Virus record (IMG/VR): IMGVR_UViG_3300027759_000085
Location: 1,452-65,451 of that record
Direction: 5' to 3' (one strand)
Length of the DNA stretch: 64,000 bases
From: a virus
Taxonomy: Duplodnaviria > Caudoviricetes
Shown: one piece after another, positions 8,231-16,714 of the stretch
Numbering within the stretch: the first letter of the stretch is position 1
Layout: each line of letters starts with the position of its first letter
The notes under the pieces: model-generated
Told to the model about the DNA's origin: nothing
Databases searched by the model: none
What the model saw: the letters and a program-made list of their open reading frames with translations, nothing else
Made by a program: the position numbers and the translations under genes

Positions 8231-9021
8231 TACTCTATTGGTGTAAATAACTCTCTTGTTCCTGATTTATAGTCGTTTATTAGTTGATGTAACTCACCAA
8301 ACTTAGTAGAAACATAGTCAGACTTAAACTTAAGATACTCAGTATTCTCTCCTGTGTCTATGTGATCTATCTCTATGTGGTTTAAAAAAGCATTACAGAA
8401 CCCAGCTATCTGTGACTTAGCAGATGCAATGGTGTCATCTAAGCCATAGATACCACCTAACTGCTCTAATCCACCTATCTTATCTATTAGCTTGTGGTGA
8501 TACATCTGACAGGTACCCATACAATGGTTTATGATCTCTACTGTATGCCAACTTTCTCCTATGTTATGAGGTATCTGCATTAATTGAGATTGATATCCAT
8601 CGGTTCTGTATGGTGACTCAATAAGATCCTTTCTTTTTAATCCTAAGATACCTATTGGTGGGGTGAGCCTATCTCCTATATTTAATACCTCTTCCATGTC
8701 ATCAACCCAACCTTTTTTATAAACAACTACATCATTGTCCATCTTAATTAGATGCTCACCTGGATTTCTGTGGGACCAAGCTTGATTAATAGCTTTTGCT
8801 GTACCTACGTTTTCTTTATTTGTAATTATTGTTAACCAATACCAATTATTGTATTCCGCTAATACTTCTTTTGTTTCTTTACATGAATCATTGTCAACAA
8901 CTATTAATCTATGCTTATCAAAATCTACATTACCATTAAAAAGATTATCTAATGTTCTTTTTGTGTATTTTGTACGATCATTTTCTACCGTATCATAAAT
9001 TGCCATTGCTATTAAAGCCAT
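8230..9021 (-). CDS. GT2 family glycosyltransferase
   Basis: IVVDNDS, NVGTAKAIN, MDND (DxD), GLDD. Confidence 0.85.
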   Translation of the reverse strand: MALIAMAIYDTVENDRTKYTKRTLDNLFNGNVDFDKHRLIVVDNDSCKETKEVLAEYNNWYWLTIITNKENVGTAKAINQAWSHRNPGEHLIKMDNDVVVYKKGWVDDMEEVLNIGDRLTPPIGILGLKRKDLIESPYRTDGYQSQLMQIPHNIGESWHTVEIINHCMGTCQMYHHKLIDKIGGLEQLGGIYGLDDTIASAKSQIAGFCNAFLNHIEIDHIDTGENTEYLKFKSDYVSTKFGELHQLINDYKSGTRELFTPIE

Positions 9022-9022
9022 T

Positions 9023-9217
9023 TTATAAACTAAATAATATATAAGCTAATGACAATATAATCAGAGTATACATTAACCAGCTAATAACCCTAGATTTAAT
9101 ACTATTACACCCAGTAAGATAAGTGATATTATCCTCTATCATGTGATTAAATACACCATAATAGTTTGAGTTCTTTAATAGATCATGCTTAATCTGCTTA
9201 GGCTTTCTTGTTTTCAT
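9023..9217 (-). CDS. small membrane protein
   Basis: C-terminal TM segment. Confidence 0.55.
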   Translation of the reverse strand: MKTRKPKQIKHDLLKNSNYYGVFNHMIEDNITYLTGCNSIKSRVISWLMYTLIILSLAYILFSL

Positions 9218-9348
9218 CGCTGTATAAGTTTTCTTAGTTCCATTTCTATTTCCTTAAGCTCTTGTTCTTTTCTTTTTTTTAAGTCCATTAGTAACTTAAT
9301 CGTTTTCTGTTGCTTTGCTTGTTCTTCCAAAATTTCTAGTATTGCCAT
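9214..9348 (-). CDS. 44-aa coiled-coil protein, not in ORF track
   Basis: MAILEILEEQAKQQKTIKLL...; ATGA overlap with the next gene. Confidence 0.55.
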   Translation of the reverse strand: MAILEILEEQAKQQKTIKLLMDLKKRKEQELKEIEMELRKLIQR

Positions 9349-9365
9349 GTTATTATTAGTTATTA

Positions 9366-9560
9366 TTATTTTTTAAATATCCAAAATAAGAACGCTATAA
9401 GACTAAATATTACTAATACTGGTAAACACCACATAAATATTAATATTAAAGCTAAAACTCTCCCAAGTACAGGCGTTTTCATTATAAAGTCTATGGGCCT
9501 AACTGCCAGATCATATCCAAAGCTCTGGATAATCTCAAATATAAATTTATTCGTTCTCAT
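9366..9560 (-). CDS. small membrane protein
   Basis: Long hydrophobic C-terminal half. Confidence 0.55.
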   Translation of the reverse strand: MRTNKFIFEIIQSFGYDLAVRPIDFIMKTPVLGRVLALILIFMWCLPVLVIFSLIAFLFWIFKK

Positions 9561-9747
9561 CGCCTATTATGTCTTTAAGGTGTTGTATACAAAGTATAAA
9601 AGACAGTATTTGTCCGTTTAAGCTATCTTTTACTCTTTCACCTGGAGATAGATCTCTTTTAGTTCTTATATTAAGTACCTCATCCTCAAGGGCTTCTATA
9701 GCATCCTGTAATGATGTTTTATTGTATTGTTTATTTTCCATAATCAA
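9547..9747 (-). CDS. hypothetical protein
   Basis: Packed ORF. Confidence 0.55.
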   Translation of the reverse strand: MIMENKQYNKTSLQDAIEALEDEVLNIRTKRDLSPGERVKDSLNGQILSFILCIQHLKDIIGDENE

Positions 9748-9940
9748 TTTTATTATTTGCTGTCATTTCTAACGCATCACAGAGTATGTTTATATCTGCT
9801 TTTAATTTGTAAGATCTACCATCAACCATTTCAATAGTATAATGATCAGTATTGAAAAATTGAAATATAGATATAATATATTTAGGGTTTATGCAAACCT
9901 CACTTCCATGTATGTCTATAAACCTATAAAACCTTGTCAT
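9731..9940 (-). CDS. hypothetical protein (FlbD-like small beta fold)
   Basis: Start reassigned to MTRFY; INPKYI..TIEMVDG pattern. Confidence 0.5.
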   Translation of the reverse strand: MTRFYRFIDIHGSEVCINPKYIISIFQFFNTDHYTIEMVDGRSYKLKADINILCDALEMTANNKIDYGK

Positions 9941-9984
9941 AACGTAAAGGTATGGTATTGTTTTTATATATGGAAATTTTTTTA

Positions 9985-9992
9985 TACATTTG
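9985..9992 (+). promoter_or_regulatory. -7 box at the divergent transcription switch
   Basis: TACATTTG with an upstream TTG. Confidence 0.55.
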
Positions 9993-10013
9993 CTTAATCT
10001 TTTTTTGAAAAAA

Positions 10014-10283
10014 ATGAATATAAAACAAAATAGTAAATACATTTTAGATCATCCATATACCAAACAAGCTATAAAAGAGTACAATGATGGTAATCAAAGT
10101 ATGTTAGAGCATCTATTGTTTGAGATACAGTTTCACACCTTTGATATGACAACATTACTGTGCTCTAAAGCTATCGGTATCCATAAATGGAATAATATTG
10201 GAGCAATCAAAGGTATTATAAGACATATTGAACCACCAACTAACTTATCTATATTACTTAACATACCCAGTAAAAAATCTTGA
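10014..10283 (+). CDS. hypothetical protein
   Basis: Start reassigned to MNIKQ. Confidence 0.6.
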   Translation: MNIKQNSKYILDHPYTKQAIKEYNDGNQSMLEHLLFEIQFHTFDMTTLLCSKAIGIHKWNNIGAIKGIIRHIEPPTNLSILLNIPSKKS

Positions 10284-10492
10284 GTAAACATCAGTATGTA
10301 ATATCTAATGAATTCTTTTCCTTAACAAAGGATCAAATACAAGACGATATAGATGACTTTTTTATTTATTATGTAGAATCTATCGGTGGATATCATAATT
10401 TTGGTTTAAAACATTCAAACAGAAGTAAAGAACTGTATATGAGTAGTTGGATAGAGTATAAAGATAAAAATGTTAACTTTGAAGATAACTAA
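10280..10492 (+). CDS. hypothetical protein
   Basis: TTG start overlapping the upstream stop; followed by a terminator. Confidence 0.55.
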   Translation: MSKHQYVISNEFFSLTKDQIQDDIDDFFIYYVESIGGYHNFGLKHSNRSKELYMSSWIEYKDKNVNFEDN

Positions 10493-10497
10493 CAGAT

Positions 10498-10526
10498 AGC
10501 TCACCTTAAAAAGTGGGCTTTTTTTT
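10498..10526 (+). terminator. intrinsic terminator
   Basis: AGCTCAC-loop-GTGGGCT followed by a T run. Confidence 0.7.
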
Positions 10527-10544
10527 ATTTATTTTTGTCCTATT

Positions 10545-10691
10545 ATGAAAAAATCATCTGTATCTAAAAAAGTATTGGCTCCAGTGAAGCACGGTGCTAA
10601 TAAAAGCAATGTTCCATCAAAGAACACAATGCCTCAACCTAAAAACCCATATACTAAAGCTACTGGCTTTGGTCTTAAGAGTTGTAAATAA
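10545..10691 (+). CDS. 48-aa Lys-rich protein, not in ORF track
   Basis: MKKSSVSKKVLAPVKHG..., after a TATTTTTG box. Confidence 0.6.
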   Translation: MKKSSVSKKVLAPVKHGANKSNVPSKNTMPQPKNPYTKATGFGLKSCK

Positions 10692-10693
10692 GA

Positions 10694-10834
10694 ATGGCAA
10701 AGCTTAAGGAGTCTGTATCTAAAAAACTTGATAAAAAGAAAGTATCAAGGCCAGGTAGACATTCTAAAAAGAAATCAAGTAGCTTGAAGTCTTCTAAGAA
10801 CTATTTAAAAAAATACAGGAGCCAAGGTAAGTAA
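10694..10834 (+). CDS. 46-aa basic protein (KKYRxQG family), not in ORF track
   Basis: ...RPGRHSKKKSSSLKSSKNYLKKYRSQGK. Confidence 0.7.
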   Translation: MAKLKESVSKKLDKKKVSRPGRHSKKKSSSLKSSKNYLKKYRSQGK

Positions 10835-10837
10835 TTT

Positions 10838-11233
10838 ATGATCACACAAGAGGAACGTAATGAAAAGATTGCAGAAACTCTAGCAGCAACTCAATCTAAA
10901 AACGGGTTAGTTGAAAAGTTAGTTTTTACGTTATTGCCTATTTGTGTATCTGCTATTGGTTGGTTACTTACTCAGGTAAGCACTTTAAATAATCAGATAA
11001 CTGTTTTAAATAACAAGATTGCAGTTGTGGTAACTGCTGAAAATAAAGCTATTCCACCACAAGGAACAACGATTGAAATGGAAGCAATCAGGGCAGCAGC
11101 AGCACAATCAAGAGCAGATATGAAAATGGAAATCATTGAGAAAATGACTAACATAAAAGAATCAGCTGCAACTGAAAGAGCAGAGATTAGGCAGCGTTTA
11201 GCAGTATTGGAATTTAAAAATAAATTAAAATGA
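10838..11233 (+). CDS. membrane-anchored coiled-coil protein of the lysis cassette
   Basis: One TM plus coiled coil, upstream of holin and endolysin. Confidence 0.6.
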   Translation: MITQEERNEKIAETLAATQSKNGLVEKLVFTLLPICVSAIGWLLTQVSTLNNQITVLNNKIAVVVTAENKAIPPQGTTIEMEAIRAAAAQSRADMKMEIIEKMTNIKESAATERAEIRQRLAVLEFKNKLK

Positions 11234-11442
11234 AACAGTTTTTTTGTGATGAGAACGGAAGTCTAAGCATGAAGCGTTTATGTGGATTGTTATGTGTTAT
11301 TGCTCTATGCGTTACTATGTATCATAATAGTTTTAGCGAAGAGCATACTGCACCTGCTGCAATATTAGTTGAATCAGTAGCGTTGTTGGCATTCGGTTGT
11401 CTTTCATTAACTAGCGCAGATAAAATACTTAAAAAGAAATGA
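11230..11442 (+). CDS. putative holin
   Basis: 70 aa, two TM segments, SMKR motif, basic tail, adjacent to endolysin. Confidence 0.6.
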   Translation: MKQFFCDENGSLSMKRLCGLLCVIALCVTMYHNSFSEEHTAPAAILVESVALLAFGCLSLTSADKILKKK

Positions 11443-11900
11443 AATTATCTGCACATTTAGATTTATCAGAGGTAACTAGGTCAGACTCTGCTAAGCGTAA
11501 CGGTATTAGTAATATGCCAACTCCAGAGCACATAGCAAACTTTAAGTTGTTAGCTGAGAATGTATTTGAACCTATAAGAGAACATTTTGGTGTTCCTATA
11601 CGTATTAGTTCTGGTTATAGAAGCAAAGAGCTTAATGACAAGACTAAGGGAGCTTCTAAGACCTCTGATCATTGTTTTGGTAGAGCTATAGACATAGACA
11701 ACGATGGTACATCTATAACCAATAAACAGATATTTAATTTTATTAAGGATAACTTAAAGTATAAGCAGTTAATTTTTGAATTTGGTACAGATGAAAATCC
11801 TGCATGGGTTCATGTTTCTTATGATCCTAATAACTTAAAGAATGAAACATTAAAGGCAGTTAAAGTAAACAATGTAACTAAATATATTAAATACATATAA
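11439..11900 (+). CDS. endolysin, peptidase M15A family
   Basis: SSGYRS, SDH, AID and WVHVS Zn-ligand motifs. Confidence 0.9.
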   Translation: MKLSAHLDLSEVTRSDSAKRNGISNMPTPEHIANFKLLAENVFEPIREHFGVPIRISSGYRSKELNDKTKGASKTSDHCFGRAIDIDNDGTSITNKQIFNFIKDNLKYKQLIFEFGTDENPAWVHVSYDPNNLKNETLKAVKVNNVTKYIKYI

Positions 11901-11902
11901 AA

Positions 11903-12178
11903 ATGAAAAAGGTAAATAAAGTAAAAGTTGTAGAACCAAAACCAATTAGAAGAGTAATGCTACCTGAAGTAAAGGTAGTAGCTCCAAGAATACGTAAGAT
12001 TATTGAAGAAAAAGTAGGACTATCCCCTAAGGGTATGGCTTCTAAGCGTTCTGTAGATAGTTTAAAAAGAGTTGGTTTTAGTAAGGCTATTGGTGAGCCA
12101 ATTAAGATTAAAGGTCAAATTTCTACTTACGGTCCAGCTGCAAGTGATGTTATCAAGAAGAAGTTAAAAGGTAAATAA
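11903..12178 (+). CDS. basic hypothetical protein
   Basis: Lys-rich; LPEVKVVA motif. Confidence 0.6.
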   Translation: MKKVNKVKVVEPKPIRRVMLPEVKVVAPRIRKIIEEKVGLSPKGMASKRSVDSLKRVGFSKAIGEPIKIKGQISTYGPAASDVIKKKLKGK

Positions 12179-12182
12179 CATT

Positions 12183-12320
12183 ATGGAAAAGAATTCACTT
12201 TGGAACAACATCAGGGAAAAAGCCAAGCAGAATAAAATGACAGGAGCTAAACCTAAGAAGCCTACTGCTGCTATGTTAAAGCAGGAAGCTAAGATTAATG
12301 CTAAAACTCCAAAGAAATAA
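12183..12320 (+). CDS. 45-aa basic protein, not in ORF track
   Basis: MEKNSLWNNIREKAK...KPTAAMLKQEAKI. Confidence 0.65.
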   Translation: MEKNSLWNNIREKAKQNKMTGAKPKKPTAAMLKQEAKINAKTPKK

Positions 12321-12326
12321 AATGTA

Positions 12327-12548
12327 ATGATGATTTACGAGCCAACTAATAGGCTTGAAGTAAGTACTCCTAAAGGTGATGGTGTAGTTTTTTATTTGAT
12401 TGACTACGGTCATGAATCAGATACTATCTACACCATTATCATTAACGATACTGGGGAGCTTTGGCAATTTACCAATCGTGACATTATAGTAAAACCTAAT
12501 ATAACATTTAGAAGATATGGCAAAGACACCAGCATGGACAAGATCTGA
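12327..12548 (+). CDS. conserved phage hypothetical protein
   Basis: TPKGDG..IDYG..TGELW..N pattern. Confidence 0.7.
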   Translation: MMIYEPTNRLEVSTPKGDGVVFYLIDYGHESDTIYTIIINDTGELWQFTNRDIIVKPNITFRRYGKDTSMDKI

Positions 12549-12789
12549 GGGCAAGGATCCAAAAGGAGGGCTCAATAAAAAAGGAGTCGCTTCATATCGT
12601 AAGGCTAATCCAGGAAGTAAGCTTAAAATGGCTGTAACTACTCCTCCTTCTAAACTTAAAGCAGGTAGTAAGGATGCTAATAGACGTAAGAGCTTCTGTG
12701 CTAGAATGTCTGGTGTTAAAGGCCCTGCTACCAAACCAAATGGTGAGCCTACAAGAAAAACTCTTGCTCTCCGTAAGTGGAACTGTTAA
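12517..12789 (+). CDS. DUF6321-like small basic protein
   Basis: AWTRSEGK..GGLN..RRKSFCARM..ALRKWNC. Confidence 0.8.
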   Translation: MAKTPAWTRSEGKDPKGGLNKKGVASYRKANPGSKLKMAVTTPPSKLKAGSKDANRRKSFCARMSGVKGPATKPNGEPTRKTLALRKWNC

Positions 12790-12975
12790 TTATGCCCAAC
12801 AGTAAACTATATAAGAGTTAATAGAACTTCTTCTTTTTTTATTGAGCATACGTTTTACATTCCTAGTTATATTTCTATTTTTTTTTTGTCTTTTTACACC
12901 CTTACATTGTTTACATCTACACACTATTACTTTGCTAGGTTCAGAGTCTTCTTCTATTTGTTTATAATACTTCAT
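12790..12975 (-). CDS. small basic Cys protein
   Basis: CRCKQC; lies downstream of the structured RNA. Confidence 0.55.
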   Translation of the reverse strand: MKYYKQIEEDSEPSKVIVCRCKQCKGVKRQKKNRNITRNVKRMLNKKRRSSINSYIVYCWA

Positions 12976-12979
12976 CTTA

Positions 12980-13396
12980 CTTAGATTGTATACCTACTCT
13001 AATCCCAGCAGTTCTATTAGACTCCCAAGTTCCTACATTTAAGTAGTTGATATTAATTAGTGCGTACCCCAGAACTGAATTAATCAGACAAGCCCATCTA
13101 TCAAACTTGTTTTCGTACCACCCCATTATTGTCTGCCTGCTGGTCAAGAGATTGATGTAGAATCCAATTGCTCTCACTTTGACTAATGGTTTATTAATAC
13201 CTTTATACTCATGTTTTTGATTGCTCTCACAAGCCTATGCTCTTCCCAGTAATAGAGTTCTGAACTGGGTAAGACCTAAAAAACCCTCTCCTGACGGTTG
13301 AGATTAAATAGGATGGTTGCAAGTTCTTATTTAAGGATTATAGATGTCAGTGAGAGGGTAATATCTTTATGACTATAATCGATATAAAAACTTGCA
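12980..13396 (-). ncRNA. putative large structured ncRNA or leader, copy 1
   Basis: Follows a TACATTTG promoter (13400-13407); interleaved stems; core homologous, with covariation, to 63916-63991. Confidence 0.6.
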
Positions 13397-13519
13397 CAAC
13401 AAATGTACGGATAATATTTAACAATTTCAATACCCAATAACTATTTTTAAATATATTTGTTATTGTCGTTCTATATACCTATATTTGAATTGTATTTTAA
13501 AAATAACATATATAAAAAA

Positions 13520-13864
13520 ATGGAAATTAAAGGAAGAGTATTCGCTGTAGGAAACACAGAAACAGTAAGCGAAAAGTTTAAAAAAAGAGAATTAATTCTT
13601 GAGTATGCAGAAAACCCAGAGTACATTGAGTACATTAAGTTAGAGGCTACACAAAACAAAACAGATCTATTAGACACAGTTAGAGAAGGAGATGAAGTTG
13701 AGATTTCATTTAACCTTAGAGGTAGAGGCTGGAAGGATAAGACTGGAAAACAAAACTATACTAATAACCTGGTTATCTGGAAAGTAATCAAGTCTACTGG
13801 AGCTTATGCTAATCAGTTAGTTGAGGTTAATCATTCACACGAAGACTCTGGTCTACCGTTTTAA
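13520..13864 (+). CDS. DUF3127 family OB-fold SSB-like protein
   Basis: MEIKG..FKKRE..GDEVEISFNLRGR..acidic LPF tail; TATATTTG promoter at 13480. Confidence 0.8.
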   Translation: MEIKGRVFAVGNTETVSEKFKKRELILEYAENPEYIEYIKLEATQNKTDLLDTVREGDEVEISFNLRGRGWKDKTGKQNYTNNLVIWKVIKSTGAYANQLVEVNHSHEDSGLPF

Positions 13865-13901
13865 ATTTCAAATCCTGTAATCAATATAATAACTTGCGTG
13901 T

Positions 13902-13946
13902 AAACAAAAAGGTGGGGAGTATACGGGCTTCTCGCCTTTTTTGTTT
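13902..13946 (+). terminator. bidirectional intrinsic terminator
   Basis: AAACAAAAAGGTGGGGAG-loop-CTTCTCGCCTTTTTTGTTT. Confidence 0.7.
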
Positions 13947-13961
13947 TTAAATTTAAAAATT

Positions 13962-14201
13962 ATGAAGAACTTAAAAAGATCTGTAAAATTAAAGCAGGTT
14001 AAAGATGGCCAGAAACTGGTTAAAGAAATAAATGAGATTGTAAGGACTGCTGCAAACAACTATGGGTTCCTAACGAGCTTGTTAGTTGAAGGAGATGCAG
14101 AAGCTACATACCATAATATAATGGACTACAGAGAGAGTGTAGATAAGATGATACAAGAGTTTAGTGATTTAAATGAAAATAAAAAAGGACCTACTAATTA
14201 A
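13962..14201 (+). CDS. hypothetical protein
   Basis: Start at MKNLK. Confidence 0.6.
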   Translation: MKNLKRSVKLKQVKDGQKLVKEINEIVRTAANNYGFLTSLLVEGDAEATYHNIMDYRESVDKMIQEFSDLNENKKGPTN

Positions 14202-14214
14202 GCAGATCCTTTTT
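14182..14214. terminator. terminator between convergent genes
   Basis: AAAAAGGACCT...AGATCCTTTTT. Confidence 0.5.
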
Positions 14215-14238
14215 CTTGTTTTTAAACTCAGTTGGTTA

Positions 14239-14490
14239 TTAAACCAATGCAGCGTTAGAAGCAGTAACAACAGCAGCAGGAGTAGCACTAGCCAAAATAG
14301 TTTTGCTTTGGAATAGGTTACCTACATTGTAGCTGTAGTCAATAGCTGATTGAACTCCAGAAGTTACAGTGTTAGCTACAACTCCTTGAATTCTGCTTAC
14401 GCTGATTACTTCAGCAGCAGAAGTATAAACACCTGCTTCGTTAGGATCTTCAGACTGGGTAAAAACATTTAAAGAAATAAGATTTGCCAT
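14239..14490 (-). CDS. small Ala/Val/Ser-rich protein, possible virion component
   Basis: Own TACTTTTG promoter (14530-14537) and terminator; GCT/AAC-rich codons like the capsid gene. Confidence 0.65.
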   Translation of the reverse strand: MANLISLNVFTQSEDPNEAGVYTSAAEVISVSRIQGVVANTVTSGVQSAIDYSYNVGNLFQSKTILASATPAAVVTASNAALV

Positions 14491-14545
14491 CTTTTTTTAG
14501 ATTTAAGGTTAATAAATAAATGAATGATACAAAAGTACATATTAT

Positions 14546-15550
14546 ATGATTAAGATTTTAACGTATGCTCCAGCTATAGGAGATGGTACAAGTTTCTATA
14601 GACTTGCAGGAGTTATGCCATATTTAGAGCAAGAATACAGTGATATTAAAGTAACTGATATATCAAATAATAAGTTTATTGATTGGTATATTCTTATTGG
14701 TGCAGATATATTATTATTTCAGAGACCATTTAACGAACAGCACTTTGCTGCTATTAAGATGGCTAGGAATATGAATATAAAGGTAGTTATTGACTATGAC
14801 GATGATTTGTTTAATATACCTCAAGATAATCCAGTTCATTTAAGTTTTGAGCCTCACAAGGAAACAATGAAGCTTATATGTCAGGTTGTAGATGAAATAT
14901 GGGTATCAACAGATTCAATTAAAAGAACCGTTTCTTTTTGGAATAAGAATGTAACCATTATACCCAATGCTCTCAATGATTATGTATTACCAGTAAATAA
15001 AAAGAAAGAATTTAACTTAGAAACAAAAAAGGTAGCATACAGGGGTGGTACAACTCATGAGGTAGATGTTTACTCAAAGATAGATCAATGGTCGAGTATC
15101 ATAAATAATAATAAAGACTTTGAGTTTTATTTTCTTGGTGCCAGATTCTTATTCTTAGAGTCACTATGTGGAGATAATTATAATGCCATGGTAGGTATGC
15201 ATATTATAGATTACTTTAAATTTTTTTCTGAGCTCAACCCAAACATATTTATATACACATTAAAAGATACACCATTCAATAGAGCTAAGAGCAATATATC
15301 ATGGATAGAGGCAACTTATGCAGGTGCATCGGTAATTGCTCCAGAGTTTCTTCCTGAGTTTGCAACTATGCCAGGTGTTATAACATACAATGAATTAATG
15401 GATAGTGTATTTGAAAATGTAAAAGATCTTAATAAAGGTCTGGCAATAACAAATGATTTATCCTGGAAATATATAAGACAAAACCTTTTATTGTCTCAAG
15501 TAAACAACCAAAGATATCAATCACTACTAGCGTTAAAAAAAAGTAAATAA
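14546..15550 (+). CDS. glycosyltransferase (GT-B-like)
   Basis: FYR, FQR, VVIDYDDDL, FNRAKS..IE motifs. Confidence 0.75.
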   Translation: MIKILTYAPAIGDGTSFYRLAGVMPYLEQEYSDIKVTDISNNKFIDWYILIGADILLFQRPFNEQHFAAIKMARNMNIKVVIDYDDDLFNIPQDNPVHLSFEPHKETMKLICQVVDEIWVSTDSIKRTVSFWNKNVTIIPNALNDYVLPVNKKKEFNLETKKVAYRGGTTHEVDVYSKIDQWSSIINNNKDFEFYFLGARFLFLESLCGDNYNAMVGMHIIDYFKFFSELNPNIFIYTLKDTPFNRAKSNISWIEATYAGASVIAPEFLPEFATMPGVITYNELMDSVFENVKDLNKGLAITNDLSWKYIRQNLLLSQVNNQRYQSLLALKKSK

Positions 15551-15592
15551 ATGTATGTATATTTGTATGTACACTAACAAAGAAAACAATTA

Positions 15593-15802
15593 ATGAAACA
15601 TTCGACAGTAAAAAACAACGTATCTGCAATGTATCCAATACGTTTAAAGTATGTTGAGCGAAAGAAAATAGAAATAGTTGCCGCAGACAAGGGAAGAAAA
15701 GTATCTGAGCATCTACATTGGCTTATTGCTCAATCTATACGAAACTATGAATCTACGTTTGGAGAAATAGAGCTAACTATACAAGAAAGGACAGGGAAAT
15801 GA
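15593..15802 (+). CDS. small putative DNA-binding (RHH-like) protein
   Basis: YPIRL..AADKGRKVSE; TATATTTG promoter at 15558. Confidence 0.45.
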   Translation: MKHSTVKNNVSAMYPIRLKYVERKKIEIVAADKGRKVSEHLHWLIAQSIRNYESTFGEIELTIQERTGK

Positions 15803-16359
15803 AGACATACGGGGATCAGTTTATAATTAAATACGACATCGGATCAATTAGGAAGGTTGAGGTCGGTGGAACCATTATCGAGATTGCAGCGGAATGCAAT
15901 ATGGATATTAGGGGTAACTCTGACCAGATTGGCGTTATTGAATCAGCACCAGAAGGTCATGATTTTTTTAAAAAGGGGGATACGGTATTAACTCATTACT
16001 TGGCATCGGGAAGTGACAGGTCATTTGAGTACGAAGGAATCACATATCACCGTGTCCCCCTTAACATGATTTTCTTAAGAATAAACGAAGATAAAACCTT
16101 TGACTTAAACGACAAGATATACATCTGTGAAGAGATTGTTGTAGAGGCACCAAAGAGCCCCTCAGGGATACTTTTAACTCCGTTTGATGATAAGCGTGAG
16201 CCGATGAAATTGCGTGCCTTACACGTGCCTAAATATAGCCATGGCATACTCGTAGGAGATTACCTTATATCACAAGATGATTACCAGTATACTTTCAACT
16301 ACGACAAGAAGAAGTATATCCAAATTAACTACGATCACATACTAGCAACTTATGAGTAA
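15799..16359 (+). CDS. GroES-like co-chaperonin
   Basis: KKGDTV, SPSGILL and VGD motifs, upstream of terminase. Confidence 0.55.
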   Translation: MKTYGDQFIIKYDIGSIRKVEVGGTIIEIAAECNMDIRGNSDQIGVIESAPEGHDFFKKGDTVLTHYLASGSDRSFEYEGITYHRVPLNMIFLRINEDKTFDLNDKIYICEEIVVEAPKSPSGILLTPFDDKREPMKLRALHVPKYSHGILVGDYLISQDDYQYTFNYDKKKYIQINYDHILATYE

Positions 16360-16714
16360 GATAGATAAAAAAGGACTTACCAAGAATCAGCTAGAGTACA
16401 TTACTAAGATAGAAGAAGAGTTAGATTTATTTAAGAACGATGGAGCTAAAAGACTATTGTCTGAGTTGTCTGGTATAGCTGGAGACTTTGCCGATGATAT
16501 AGTTAAAATAAGAAGCGGAGAAGGTGTTGGTGTTTACATTAATGAGAACGCCAACGACAAAATGATAGACAAGGTAATGAAGCTTGTAGATAAGATGGAT
16601 AAGTTTAAGTTACTTGCTCAACTAAGCTCTCCTGAAGAAGAAGTAAAAGAAATTAAAAAAAGTATTAGAAGACCAGAGGACTTAGCATTCAATGTCAACA
16701 AGGATAGATCATAA
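16352..16714 (+). CDS. putative terminase small subunit
   Basis: Helical 120 aa, overlapping the TerL start. Confidence 0.4.
   Translation: MSKIDKKGLTKNQLEYITKIEEELDLFKNDGAKRLLSELSGIAGDFADDIVKIRSGEGVGVYINENANDKMIDKVMKLVDKMDKFKLLAQLSSPEEEVKEIKKSIRRPEDLAFNVNKDRS

Noticed and set aside
12977-13177. 66-aa GTG-start ORF
   Set aside because: No A-rich leader, and it overlaps stem-rich sequence continuous with the conserved RNA core; more likely non-coding, though not excluded
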